Source: Microthyrium microscopicum (Eukaryota). Taken from it: 64,000 nucleotides of DNA. A program made the translations under genes and the position numbers. Shown here piece by piece: positions 49,686 to 62,994 of this stretch. The stretch's first letter is position 1, and the number at the start of each line of letters is the position of its first letter. The notes under the pieces are model-generated. The model searched no databases, had not been told where the DNA came from, and was given only the letters and a program-made list of their open reading frames with translations. The stretch is taken from assembly GCA_010405405.1 (NCBI GenBank), contig MU004233.1, forward strand, positions 2,396,539 through 2,460,538, in the 5' to 3' direction.

Positions 49686-51705
49686 TAAACAGTTTTCTCA
49701 CTTTTTCAGCAGGCTTGGTGTTTTTGGCGCATCTTTGGGACATGAAACAACTCGGAATGTCGAATTGGGCGAAAGAGCATGGGCATATTCTCTTCTACAT
49801 CATATATTCGCGGGTGCTGTTCTCTACACAAAAGCATTCATCGCCGGGCTCTTCTTCCACCTTCCCCATTTCCCAAACGAACAAGAACGCTTTACAGAAA
49901 ACCTGCAACTATTCAGCTTATATGTCAGCATCTCATCACGTCTTGATGATGCAATTATGAGTTTTATTTATTGCTGCTGCTTATCTCTCTTCTGTGTTCT
50001 CATTTTTTGCATATCCATTTTTGGCATTTCTCCTCATCGCGTGGAATTCACGAACTTTATATCACTCATTGTGCTCGGAAATTCTTGTCTCTATGGGCTC
50101 GTTTTCTGGTAGCAAAAGCGTCATCTTGGGTGGGATACCAAACGGTCAACGCCCCTATAAAAGTCCTTGTGCTTCACGTCAGGGGAAAAAGTAGTGTTTT
50201 TTGTTTTTTGCTGGTGGAATGTCTTTGTTCGACACTGGCATTAGATATAAATCATGTTTGTACGTCATGCCTCTTTGAAGGAGACTTACTTCATGTATTG
50301 TCTGCTTGCGGTTGGTCATGCGATTAGATGTCTGTCTTGTTACTTGTTCGGCGTTTCGTAGGTGCTGTCTCGCATAGCTATGGGTTTTGACTGACGAGAT
50401 AGATCATCTCGTTGTGATATGGGTCTTCTTGTTGTTATTTTGTTTTATGCCTTGGGACTACTTCTTCGGCGGTCCTTGGGTTGGCGAGCAATGAGTTTTG
50501 GACTTGATTGCTACCTGTTAGTCGCTGGGCGCTGGTGAGCGAGCACGGTGTTGGGGGAAGTGTGGAAGGCCGGGTGGTGCTGTTGATGATGGAAATGTAT
50601 AGTATAGTTTGCAAGGTGCTTGTATCATATGTAAGCATCGCATAGATGCGTGTGGCGCAGAAGAAAGAAAATGCTAATTGTTTATTGTATTGATGTGTTT
50701 GGTGTGCATGAGATTCTCTGGATGTGAGAATGCGAACAGTAGGAATGTCTAGAGGTCTTGACTTTAAAGGGCCTTCATATTCATGGTTTGAGTGCTGCTC
50801 TTTTCTTCGTTCTTTGAACGCGGCGGGTAAGCTGAAAAGCGACGGCCCGAGTCCTCAGCCAGTCGAGATAGAGAACGTTCAGAAGCAAGATAAACGCCGT
50901 AATCTATGTACTTGAGCTATCTTCATAAGCACCTTATGGTCTTGATCGGAGCCGATGGTAGTGATGAGATTCTTCGCGCCATATTCAATCCACAAGAACT
51001 CAGATCTCATTTGCTACGGCCAAGCCGGAAAGCACATTGTATTCTCTTTCGCAAGCAAGGCCGCTCCTCCGTCAAAAGCTGTGGCGGGTCTTGGACAAAG
51101 CTGATGGCATAGACAGTCGGCGTCCACTCTAGCTGATCAGTGCCTTGTTTGGTGCAGTATGCTGAACGAATGCATTCAGTTCTTTGTGACTTTTTGGGAG
51201 TTCCGGCGCGTGTATGATGTCTGGGAACACTGTGATGTGTTTGAAGAGCGGGTTCGAAGAGAACTTTTCGAGAATTATGTCAAAACTGAAGTCTTCTATG
51301 TTCATATTGTGGTGCCTGGCCCAAACTCGATCGACCAGCTCGGTCCAAGGTGTGGCCTGAAATTGTTAGTGTAAGCGTAATCAGAGATATGATGCTCCAG
51401 TTGGGGGAGAGAATCATCGCACTGCGTGTTAGCTACTGAGTATCGTGGCGACTATCGAGTGCTATGGTAGCAAATGGAAAACATTGTGACTTATCGAGAA
51501 GGCTGGATATGAACAGGTGACTCTTACGATTCTCTCGTCCAAGATTTCAACTAGCAACTTGGCTTGAAAGAGGTGCCCAGAACTTGTATAGTAAGACTCC
51601 CTGGTATTTCTTTCCATCACTCAATTCAGTGGGTTCACAGAAAAGGTCTCCGCATTTCTTTTCTAAATCAACGAAAGCTTCAAGCATGTCGTTGCAAAAC
51701 AAGCT

Positions 51706-52734
51706 CTAAAGATATGAACGAGCCGGATGAAAACAAGTGTGAAAGGCGCGTCGAGTAGAAAGTTCATTACATTCACCAGCCGCCAAGTCAATCCTTCTTC
51801 GAAGGAGGCATCTACTTCCGTGGTAAACTTGAGCCCTTCCACCAGTGATGTTTTCTGGAAAAGACGAAGGTGTCAGATGCTTTTTTATCTCATCTGATGC
51901 CTCCCATGCCTCGTTTAGGGTCGGTCCTTTCAGTTCGATTTGCTCGATGTTCGAAAATGATGATACAAGCCGGAGTTCATGCTTGACCCATTTCGCTGGC
52001 TTTGTGAATATCTTAAAACGATCGATGTCGCTATAGACTCTGCATAGCGGTTGACCCGCGTCAAAACCTACTCTAGAGAACTTGAGTTGGCCTATATCAA
52101 ATTAATATAACCTTACAATCTCACCATTAACACATGTCATAATGCTCATCGAGTGCGATGAGGAGCTATGTAGTGCTCGAACTAGGAGCATGATGATAAT
52201 TATGGATAACTCACCTAGAGAATACGCCTCTCGATATGATCTAGCTCGATTGATTGCATTGCCAACATGTATACTCTGCATCAATATGTGATGGTATTGC
52301 CATAATATACCATGACAGACCCACTTCAGCCATTTAAGAAAGTTGAGATCTTGCAGAAATCCATTTATCACTGCGGCATTAACTTGTCAGTCTGCATGCG
52401 CTCGTTAGCACATACTGATCTTATGGATGCTATTGTTTGCTATACCTGGGCCAAGGATTGAGATCCAGTACTTATGAATCCTGATGTCCAGTGCATTCAC
52501 ATGACGATCGCTGAAGATATCGAGGTGACGAAGATAATCTATGAAGTCTTTCGTCGTCTTGAATGCAGTTGAATGTAACATTTCTACCCCTTTATCCCCG
52601 TCCCAACACCGATAATGCTCAAGGACAATATCATGTAGCGGCATTCCGTTTGTCCCATATCTGGCCCAAAGCCGCGGATAGAGCCAGGTCCAAGCATTGG
52701 GAGTGAAGCATCCTTTGAGATATGTTAAAGCCAT
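51706..52734 (-). CDS. Hypothetical multi-exon protein
   Basis: ATG ORF 52734-52405, branch/acceptor signals, and a further open frame of about 120 codons ending TAG at 51706. No recognisable domain. Confidence 0.4.
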
Positions 52735-52932
52735 GGTATTAGTCGCATTGGAACTCCGATGCTGCGTTGTAGCTCGCGAAGTATAAAGATTCGAGGATTA
52801 AAAGAGCCTAGAAGGATGTCGTGTAAGTAGTAGGCAACTATGTAGATGCGCGATTTAAGGAACTATGGTACGCTGATGAAATTATTGCCTATACACGGCT
52901 AACAGCTCCTAACTCCTAGCGCTTCAAAAGTA

Positions 52933-54025
52933 TCACCTGTCAACTTTTGCAGTACCCTGATCGAGTAATTCCCGCGCGGCTTGTAGCTCGGCGGTATCAT
53001 ATCCATCCCATCCTTGCTCTTTGGCAGATCCCTTTCTCACTATTTCTCCAAGCTTGTCCACGGCCATCTCATTAAGAGCTTGGACAGTTCCCTCTGTAGG
53101 TAAAGCAACATCATTGTACGCGTCATCTTTGGTTGATGCTTTTGACGCATCAGGAATCAGCTTGACGAGCTTTTGTGCTGTGAGATGTAATCCGTAGTAT
53201 CCGCGGAGGTAGTTCTCGCAGAGCTCGATGCTTCGTAGGAAACGGCGCATGGACTCTGAATAGATTCGAGCCAATTCGAGTGCGTTGGTGGTTGATGAGT
53301 CGACAGAAGCATATAGAATTTCACCAATTTTAGCATGCATCTGTGGTCTTATTAGCTGTCGTGTCATTGTTTGTGATCTGACCACTAACATTCCAAGCGT
53401 TGGGCTGCACTATAAGCAGTTCTTCTAGACAGAAGATTGCTTGGTCTGACATGCCCTGTGATAAGTATAAATCTGATAGTTCCGCCCATGATTCTGCGTC
53501 TGTAGGTGACATGTCCAACAGCTCTGTAAGTCGCTTGATCGCCTCGGGTATCCGATTCAAAGATTTGAGTACTGCAACTCGTCTCTTTTGCACCGGCTAC
53601 AAATCCAGCTATTAGCACTATATCTGTACTACTAAGTATAAAGCACAACTCACCACATTTGCCTCATCTGAACCTAGGATCTCATTCGCAATCTTCAATA
53701 CCGACTCAAGATCTTTATCGTTCGATGCCAGCGCCTCCTCGAGCATGCACTGATAGCCCATGACACGCTCGTTTTTGTCGCCAAAGCGTGCTAATAGTCG
53801 ATCCAAGATGGCGCGCGCGGAGCGGTCATCGCCAGTGCGAAGACACTCAAGAAACAACGTCTCGTAGGCGGCCCAGACCTCAGGTGGATCATCGCGGGAG
53901 AAGACGGAGAGTGGCCATGGTAATGAGGAGGTTGCGCGTTTGATATATTTAGGAGCGAGTTGAGAGATATGTACAGCGGTCTCTGGGGTTGTATTCGGCG
54001 GCGGGTGGGCGAGATCGACAGACAT
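52933..54025 (-). CDS. EMC2: ER membrane protein complex subunit 2 (TPR), 3 exons
   Basis: YETLFLECLRTGDDRSA..LDRL..RFG, KRRVAVLKSLNR..EAI, SPTDAESWAELSDLY, AIFCLEELL..PNAWN, FLRSIELCENYLRGYYGL. Confidence 0.92.
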
Positions 54026-54456
54026 CGCGGCTACTAAAGACGATTCGGGAACGGCGGGTCTGGGGTAAGGAATAGGTATTCGTGTTCTCGTGCTTAGAGG
54101 CGATTGAAGAATGTAGAGATGTCGATGGAGTCGTAGAACTGTACATAACCTGAAGCTAAGGAAAGCTCGACCGCAAACGCCGACGGTTTAAAGCCCGTGC
54201 ACGGCCATTTCGACCCAACATCCCGCTTCAATTGCGGGCACACGATCTTTGATATCAACCTCCTCTACGGCTTGATAAATAGCTGGTGACACCAGATCGA
54301 AGCTCGGAACGCTATATCGAGTGTAATCGCAATTCCATGGAGTAGTGTCTCCTGAAGCCAACTCGATCACGTCATGCCGTACGCGGGCGTAACACTCGAC
54401 CCTCGACCCTCAATCACATAGACAGATAGCTCCTGCTATCTGATTTCGTTGCTATA

Positions 54457-57400
54457 ATGTATGGAGGATCTGTAATCGCGAATTCATGTATGCTGATGAT
54501 CCGGCTCTAGGTTCGAGAAATCCCTTTACGACCTCATACGAGGCCTTCGACATCAAAAAGGCAACGAGCGCGAATATATCCAAGCTAGTATTCGAGAATG
54601 CCGGAAAGAAATCAAGGGACAAGATATAGGTCTCAAGGCCACGGCCTTGCTGAAGCTCACGTACTTGGAGATGTTTGGATACGACATGTCCTGGGCGGCT
54701 TTTCACGTCCTCGAGGTCATGTCTTCATCAATATACGAAGAGAAACGGGTTGGATATTTGGCAGCAATACAGAGCTTTCGACCGGATACCGAAGTCTTGA
54801 TGCTGGCGGAAAATCTGCTGAAGAAGGTATGTACAACGATGTTCAAATCGCCAGGTGCTAACATGGATTTTCAGGATCTGATGTCTTCTGGACAAAACAT
54901 AATAGCACTTCCCCTCGCGGCGATTCCGCATGTTATAAACCCATCCATGGCAAACTCGCTGCTTTCAGAACTCCTCCCTCGCCTCACACACTCCAACCCG
55001 GCTATAAGAAAGAAGACAATTGTCACATTATACAGACTTGCGCTGGTATACCCAGAAACCTTGAGACCGGCATGGCCTAAGATCAAGGAACGTCTTCTAG
55101 ACGAAAATGAAGATTCAAGCGTCACATCTGCGATTGTCAATGTCATATGCGAACTAGGATGGAGAAGGCCACAGGACTTTTTACCTCTAGCTCCGCGACT
55201 TTTTGATTTATTGGTGGGAAGTGAGAACAATTGGATGGCAATCAAAATCATCAAACTTGTAAGAATAGGAATCATCCATTTAACATCATTTCTGACTGTC
55301 TTTGGTAGTTTGCAACTCTTACACCACTAGAACCTCGCTTAGTGAAAAAGCTTCTTCCGCCTTTAACAAGTATCATTAGAACCACCAAGGCAATGTCTTT
55401 GCTTTACGAAGCAGTCCATGGCATTGTTGAAGGAGGCATTTTAGCAAGTGTCGAAGGTACTCCAGAAGGTGATGAGCTTGCCAAGTTGTGTCTCGGTAAA
55501 TTGCGTAATATGGTGTTGATTGAAGGCGACCCAAACTGTGAGTGTCATGTACTCAGTATGTTGTCGACATCGAACTGACTACGACAGTAAAATATGTGGC
55601 CCTTTTGACCTTTGAGAAAATCGTCACATCGCATCCGTATCTGGTATCGTTTCATCAGGATGTTATCTTGGAATGCATTGACGATTTTGATATTTCTATA
55701 CGCATGCGAGCTCTCAACTTGGTGGTCGGCATGGTGAACTCCGACAATCTGGTTATCATTGTTGATAGACTTTTGAATCAATTGACCGCAGCGCCGATAC
55801 AGACCGATAAGGCTGTTGGCCAGGAAACTAAGCAGCATCAAATCGAACTTTATGGGAACGATTCTGATGAGGAGGCAGAGTCAATACAGCAACCGACCCC
55901 CGCACAAGAAGAAGCGCCTCCACTTCCAAACGACTATCGTGTCCAAGTAATCAAAAACATTCTCCAGATGTGCGCAAAGGACACTTACGCAAACCTCAAT
56001 GATTTTGAATGGTACCTTGACGTTCTTATCAAACTCGTCAAGGCTTGCCCCATGGTCAAGAATACAGATGCAACTGGCTCCGATGTCGACCGTTCCTTGG
56101 ACATATCGTACGATATTGGTAGCGAATTCCAAAACGTGGCTGTCCGTGTCAAATCCATGAGACCTGAAGCGACCGCCGCAGCACAAACCTTGGTCCTGAT
56201 TGATAATCGTGAGAAATTGTTTCCGTCATTCAGCAATGGTGGCCAAGGAGTACTAGAAGCTTGTGGTTGGCTAGTTGGAGAATATGCAAGCGAACTTACT
56301 GATCCGGAAGGGGTACTAAACTCCTTTTTACAGTCTTCAGCACAACTTCCTGCAAATATACTGGCCGTCAATTTGCAAGCTATGGTTAAAGTCATCTCGC
56401 AAATGTGTTCCACATCGACATCTTGGACACCTCAACGACGGACTTTTACGACACTGCTCATGGGACGAGTGATATACTTTTTGGAACCCTTGTTTAATCA
56501 TTCTGCTCTGGAGGTTCAAGAATTGGCTGTGGAATATCTTGAACTAATGCGCCTTGCATCAGAAGCGTGCTCAGCACAGCCAGTGTCTGGCGACGGGGAA
56601 TTCATGGACGCACCACTTCTTATCACGCAGGCCATACCAGCGCTATTCGCAGGCCAAGAGCTCAACCCAGTCGCACCCGGAGCTCAAAAGAAAGTCGCCA
56701 CTCCAGACGATCTTGATCTCGAAACCCCAATCAACGCCGAACTTCTCACCATTCTCCAAGAAGCCGACTCAGACGCACATGAACTCGAGCATGATGAAAT
56801 GGAGAACTTCTACTACCGAGTCCCCGCCCCTATCTTCTCTAGCAGCAACAACAATAACCTCCCCGAAAGCACTGCCTCCGAGCGTCTTGAAGCCGGTTCC
56901 CGTCCCGACACCCTCTCCTACCAACACAGCGAACCCGATGCCCTGGCACGCCTCAAAGCTCGCCGTGCAGACCGCAACAAAGACGATCCCTTCTACATCC
57001 CCGCCGATGAGCCGTCCGCTAGCGCTCGTTTGCACTCCATTATACAAACTAGCAACGGCGACTCCGCCGACATCGACGCTATACCCATAATGGCGCTACC
57101 ACTTAGCGCCTCCAGCGAAAACGCAACCCCAGACCATGTAGCCGAACAGCGCGCTCTTGACGCTGCCGCAGAACGTAAGCGCAAGGGTGCACTGCGCAAG
57201 AAGATTGCAATTGTGGCCGACGAGACGCTGGGAGATGGCGAAGAGGCCGAACAGGAAGCCAAAGCCGAGCGGCGCGTTAAGCGCAGTCTGCTGAACATTG
57301 ATTCGAGCGGATTGGGCGCATTATCGCTGGAAGGCGAAACGCACGGGAAGCTGGACGTAGAGCAACGAGAGGAAGAAGAGCGCGCACTGAAGGAAGTCGA

Positions 57401-57686
57401 GCGACTGAGGTTAGAGATGCAACGTGCGAGCGAGCGGATCCAGGCAAAAGAGGAAGTGTTGGTAAAGCGCAAGAAGAAGAAGGCCAAGGCGAAAGCGACC
57501 GAGGAGCTGGTCGAAGAGGCCGCTCCAGCAGAGGGCGATACTGTGGTCAAAAAGAAGAAGAAAAAGAAGCCAAAAGCAAATGGTGATGCGCCTTTGGAAA
57601 CTGTTGGCGAGGCGAGTGAGGCCAAACCTAAGAAGAAGAAAAGGCGACAGGTCGATTTGACAGCGCCAGAGGGCGAGACGCCCTAA
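54457..57686 (+). CDS. APL5: AP-3 adaptor complex delta subunit, multi-exon, start codon split by an intron
   Basis: AT|G FEKSLYDLIRGLR; KLTYLEMFGYDMSWAAFHVLEVMSS; KRVGYLAA; NNWMAIKIIKL; ELNPVAPGAQKKV; DDPFYI; Lys-rich tail. Confidence 0.96.
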
Positions 57687-58146
57687 ATGTGTACTTGGCG
57701 GATACATTGTTTTCCGCCAGACACATACGCGACCATGTCTATAGCATAGAAACGTACAATTACTTGAATGATACCCATAGATGCATCCGAAATGCTAGCA
57801 TCTTGCGTCCCATCATTATAGCAAATCTGTGATGTCAAACGAGGGGCAATGATCCCTCAACTCCATGTGCTATTTGGCTACTATAATTCGTTACAGTACA
57901 TGATGCGCGTACAAATTACAAGTGCTATTGGTATTGTACATTGCTCAGGCTCCAGCTAAAAGCTGAACCCAAGTTCTGGCTGTACACTGTCAGATCCACA
58001 GTTGTGCTGTGAACCAACCGACTCCTAAACGCCGCGTGCCTTGTTGGCATATTCTGCCATATCGCTTCTGGCTCTCCATAATGTCTATCTTCTCATGGGT
58101 TATTGTAGTGTTTCGTTGAACTGGTATACGTTTTGGGGTCGGTGGT

Positions 58147-58445
58147 TTAGAACCACATGCGGATGACCTCGATGAAGATACCGCCAATAATGACTAGTGC
58201 TAGGATAGCTATGGATATTCGTTAGTTTTTGTACATGATCAGGGAGAAGAGGCACTCGTACCGACCCAGAAGAGCGAGATGGGGCTCTTCAATTCTTCGC
58301 GCTTCTTCTTTTGCTGGCTAATTGGTTTTCCGCGCTTGTCTTCCTCGGACTTGGCGAACTTCGCATTCGCTCTTCGCTGCTGTGGTGTTTGCGCCTACAT
58401 AATCAGAATCCGCAATATCAAATGCAAGGGGGAGATGTTTACCAT
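58147..58445 (-). CDS. RAMP4/SERP1 (Ysy6)-family stress-associated ER protein, 3 exons, absent from the ORF track
   Basis: ATG|intron|AQTPQQRRANAKFAKSEEDKRGKP...KSPISLFWV|AILALVIIGGIFIEVIRMWF*; tail-anchor TM. Confidence 0.88.
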
Positions 58446-59048
58446 TGTGTATGTAGAGTCAATTGGGTGGTAGTGGATCGGTAATTGTGTTCGTGAGTGT
58501 TGTACAGAGCGGATGGTTCGCTGTAAGAATCGGAAGGAGCTTTATAGCTGACAATTGGGCGTTCGGAGGAGTCACAGACTTGGAGGACACGGTGGTGAGC
58601 GGTTTGGTTATTTGGAGATGCTTGAATAAGTTGCGAGGTGTCTTTAACTTTTGGATATTCGGGAATGCCAGGGGTTGCACGGGCATGTGTCAATCGGGGA
58701 ATTTGGTTTTCGGCATGCCGTGGCTAGCGTCACGGCTATTCTGATGTTTCCTTAACTTCATGTCCAACTCGTCACACGACAAGATCTTTTCCTTGCTGAG
58801 ATGAGAAGTAAAGGCAATATGAGCGGTTATTCATCTTTCTTTTGATATAAAATACAGTACTTGCATCTCCAGAGTCTTGAAGCCTCCCGAGGTCATTTTC
58901 TGCTGCTACTCATGCTCCGCAAGATCCAAGACATCCATCGCTCGGATTGAAAGCTGGTTGGCTATAACGAGACTGTTACTCCCAAAACGGTCCTTCAGAA
59001 TTATTCTTGAGAGTCCCATATAAGAGCGGAAGTCATTGCATAAACATC

Positions 59049-60183
59049 ATGTATCCGCCATATCAAGCACCGAGTCTCAATCTTGAGGCTTTAAGTGGAA
59101 TATGCGGTTCTATATCCATTGCTTGCTGGATAGTGGTTTTCTCTCCACAGATTGCAGAGAACTTTCGGACTCGAGCCGAAGGTCTTTCTGTTGTGTTCAT
59201 CGTTGTTTGGTCAGCCGGTGATATATGCAATCTGATAGGAGGTCTAGCCCAAAAAGTCCTGCCCACTATGGTTCGTTTCATATCTCAAAGTATACAACAT
59301 CTTTATTGACAGTTGAAAGATCATATTGGCTATATATTATCTATTAGTGGATGTTGTTCTAATCGGGCAGTGCTTTTACTACAAAGGTTTCACTTTGACC
59401 GACAAGATAATAGAACCTACAAATGGACATGCCCCAAGGAATGGAACAACGGAACATACGCCATTGCTCGATGAGGCTCCTATTAACCATAATGCTAGCA
59501 CTCGAGGGTCCGCTCTTCTGAGAACCAATTCCTCGCTTTCCATTAGAGAGCGCCTTTTCCCAGTCGATGGCACTCATCTTTCACCCACAACTCCACTGCA
59601 TCCAGAATCAAGCCCCAGCCAAGCTAGTGTCAGGTCCCCACAGACGACTTTCCAAAGGCTCATTATTAACTTCTTCATTGTCATTCTTGTCATCGCAGCT
59701 GGTATCCTTGGATGGGTACTCAGTAACAGGACCACAGGGCCTCCACCCCCAAATAGAGTCGAGGACAAACCAACATTCAACATTCTAGGACAGATATTTG
59801 GATATCTGTGCTCAGCTTTGTATCTTGGATCACGTATACCTCAACTCCTCTTGAATCATCGCCGAAGATCAACTGAAGGCATCTCCATGCTCTTCTTCCT
59901 CTTTGTAAGATTTTGCCCTATTGGAGAACGCTCAGCTAATATGTGCAAGGCTTGCATTGGAAATCTCACCTATAACTTTTCCATCTTTGCATATTCCCCT
60001 TCACCAGCATGCGATGTGCCATTTCAGTGTGCTGAGGGTGAAGCGAAGTATATATATGGCCAATATATCCTGGTTAATCTGTCCTGGATCCTCGGCAGTC
60101 TGGGCACCTTACTCCTGGATATGGGGGTCTTTGTGCAATATTTTATGTATAAAATCGAGAGGGAGGATGCATTGCAGAGTTAG
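59049..60183 (+). CDS. PQ-loop vacuolar cationic amino-acid transporter (Ypq1/PQLC2 family), multi-exon
   Basis: ALSGICGSISIACWIVVFSPQIAENF..EGLS..F...W.AGD and YLGSRIPQLLLN.RR.STEGIS.LFF (two PQ motifs); EHTPLL dileucine. Confidence 0.92.
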
Positions 60184-60316
60184 AAAGGAGATATCCTCTA
60201 CTCATGAACTTGTTCAATGAAAAGAGCATGGCACAACTTGTATTCCAATCATGTCTAGTGACTTCGCCTGCTGAGTATCCTATTTGCCCGCTTATCCATT
60301 CCTGGTCGTCGCTATT

Positions 60317-60861
60317 TCAGTAGTCCATCGAGATTAATATCCCAGTTGCCTTCAGCACGTTTGAAGTGAAGTTCCAGTATCCGGAGTATCTCCAGAGACA
60401 TTTCGCAATCCATATTATCGTGAACGACATCTGCGAGGTTCCAGAACGAGCGCCAGTATCTAGCAAAGCCGCGCTTGACCTTTGTCTCATGAATCCTGTA
60501 AAAGGCCAAATAGCCTTATGCAGGGAGTTCGCGTAGCTTTGAGCCACAAAGTCATCGCGCTCAGCAGCGGATTCCGCATTGGCGGAGATTGCCTGCTCCA
60601 AGGGAAGGAGTAGTTTGGCTAGGTCATATGCGTTTGGTCGGCTCGGTCTGATGAAGCGTTGCCTCTTGCAGTATCGACTCGTAGGCGTTAGGCTGCTGTG
60701 CACACTCGCGCTGCAAGATCGGATTGTTCTGGATCTCTGACATGCTTTGAAAGGCTGGGACGGCGCGTTGTTTGTTCTGGAGGGTTAGATAGGTTTAGAA
60801 ATTCGGGCCACGACATAGGGTCGGCAAGTTCTTGAGCGACATAGTTGTTTGGAATGGCCAT
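60317..60861 (-). CDS. Possible hypothetical protein
   Basis: ATG near 60861 opens about 55 codons, followed by the 128-aa ORF 60703-60317. The splice join is not confidently resolved. Confidence 0.3.
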
Positions 60862-61460
60862 GGCAAACGCTCAGTATGATATCATTCATTCATGAGATTC
60901 AAGGAACCAACCCGGCAGATCGTATTCCGTACATAGGCCGAAATCATGGACATTCAGATCTGCATATAGCACCGTTGCAAATCACACGTTAAAAGGAGCA
61001 TATGGGTCAGAAGACTGGAGGAAAATTCATGCCTAATTGAAAATCATCCCCAAACAAGACTCCAACCAATTTACTACGAAGTTATGGATAGTAAGAGGTT
61101 AACTCAAATTGACGGTGTTAAGTTACTTCATATCTCTTGCTAAAAGCACTTCTGTTTGCCATCCACCTTTTCTAATTAGTGCTGGATGTGATAGATTTTC
61201 GACACTCATGCAAGCTGTTTCCATAACTTCATAGCCATTAGGTTTGCTGACAATCAGAACTAAAAAGCATTTCATTATGCTCTCATTGACGACCTATGGG
61301 TTGATTGTGTCGCCTATTTGCTAGCTCAATTGGTGAAATCATCTGGCGAGCTAATTGTCTTCTGAACACCATTTCAATGCCATGTCTCGAGAGATATAAT
61401 AATGTTGTCCGCTGTATAAGAGATTGTAGAATCACATTGCAAACTTTACTCTAGAGTACA

Positions 61461-62834
61461 ATGTTGAATCCTTACCGAGTTTTCTACGAGACCCGTGAGG
61501 AAGACGCGAACGCAGCTCGAGAGTTGGTTGCCAAAACGAGGAACTTCCTACTATACCACTCATTTCTGGGAAATGATCATACTATTCAGACATATGACCA
61601 CATGGAGCAAGGGCTTGCTGCTCGAGCAAATTCGTACCAAAGACAATCGGAGTCTTTTGGTGTTGATAATTCCTTCAGTACAGACAGCCCAGGTACAAGG
61701 AGCTTCTTCAACGATGAGATCAAAGAAAAGATGCGAGAATTGGTTGAACCGAGAACGCCGTCAGCAAGCGACCAGGATATTGACAGTAGGGGTGGCTGGG
61801 AAGAACTGATTCATTGCGCAGAGATATATGCTGAGGAAGTGTTATACTTACAGCATCACAGCGATAGTCCCATAAATGTCTCCGAAGCTATTCAGTTCAT
61901 GACTCTGAAGCTCTCGTTCAGATGCTTCATCGACCTTGATATAGCTATAAAGGAATGGCATCAGCGCGTGGAGCAATTTTATAGCGATTTTCTATTCATC
62001 GCACGAGAGATGAATCGGCTAACAAACGCGGCCACCACTGCGCCACCAGCTACTCCGCTCAATTGGAAAGATCAAACAGCCCTTCACGCGGCTCTGAGAA
62101 CTGTCATAGGACCTGACACAGATTACGATCCTCTGGCTCCCTTCATAAATCCAATGAACTATCTAATCCCAGCCTACGAACACGTCTGGACAGTCGTTCT
62201 ACGTGGTGTGATAGAAGTACTCACTCCATCTGAAAACTCGCCAAAGTGGCAGGAGTCTCTACAGTCTTTCGTGGGACCTGAAGAAGATGGTGAAAGAATC
62301 TGGGATACAGACGACGACGAGGAACACAAGATACCACCTGCTGATATCATTAAGGAAATACTGCGATTGCACCCCCCAATCCGACATGTCCGTCGTCAGG
62401 TGACAGCAGGAGACAGCGAAGTCTTCACCGATATTACTAAATGTCATCGTTCAGAATTACTTGCTCCTGGAGACCCGTTGGAATTCCGCCCCGAAAGATG
62501 GCGACAGCTTCGACAAGCTTACTGTCATGGCGATACGGCGCAAGACATCAAGACGAAGGAAAGGCAGCTTGGTTTCATGCCCTTCGGACTCACATGTCCG
62601 TCAGATAGTTTGGAGGCAAGTGACTTTGGAATGAAGTTGATTGCAGTGCTCGTTGGGGTCTTTTGTGGGCTGTTACAGGATACTTGGAACTTGGAACCAT
62701 TAAGTTCGTTGCCTCGACCTTTGGATTCGGACAGAAACGCATTTCAGGATCTGATGCTGGACGATGAAGATGATGAGGATCATTTTGGCGGTGCGATTGA
62801 CCAGCTCAGCGACCGAATGGAGACAGCACTCTAG
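61461..62834 (+). CDS. Divergent cytochrome P450-like protein, intronless
   Basis: IIKEILRLHPP (ExxR), FRPERW (PERF), FMPFGLTCP (shortened haem-Cys loop); no N-terminal TM anchor visible. Confidence 0.7.
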   Translation: MLNPYRVFYETREEDANAARELVAKTRNFLLYHSFLGNDHTIQTYDHMEQGLAARANSYQRQSESFGVDNSFSTDSPGTRSFFNDEIKEKMRELVEPRTPSASDQDIDSRGGWEELIHCAEIYAEEVLYLQHHSDSPINVSEAIQFMTLKLSFRCFIDLDIAIKEWHQRVEQFYSDFLFIAREMNRLTNAATTAPPATPLNWKDQTALHAALRTVIGPDTDYDPLAPFINPMNYLIPAYEHVWTVVLRGVIEVLTPSENSPKWQESLQSFVGPEEDGERIWDTDDDEEHKIPPADIIKEILRLHPPIRHVRRQVTAGDSEVFTDITKCHRSELLAPGDPLEFRPERWRQLRQAYCHGDTAQDIKTKERQLGFMPFGLTCPSDSLEASDFGMKLIAVLVGVFCGLLQDTWNLEPLSSLPRPLDSDRNAFQDLMLDDEDDEDHFGGAIDQLSDRMETAL

Positions 62835-62994
62835 CTGAAATTGGGCTACGTCTAGGATGTATCTTGTTCTATTTCCTTTAGACAACTTGAAGTAGAGCAA
62901 GCTTTGTGATATTTCTGAGAGAACCAGTAGTTTGATTAAGATAAGTTCAATAGCTACCAAGGTGGCCTTGTATTCGGAGATGTGAGCAATGCAA

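Noticed and set aside
49686..50327. Hydrophobic ORFs (250 aa and 118 aa) after the NTF2-RRM gene
   Set aside because: Off-frame read-through into a T-rich 3' UTR; the hydrophobicity is a composition artefact.
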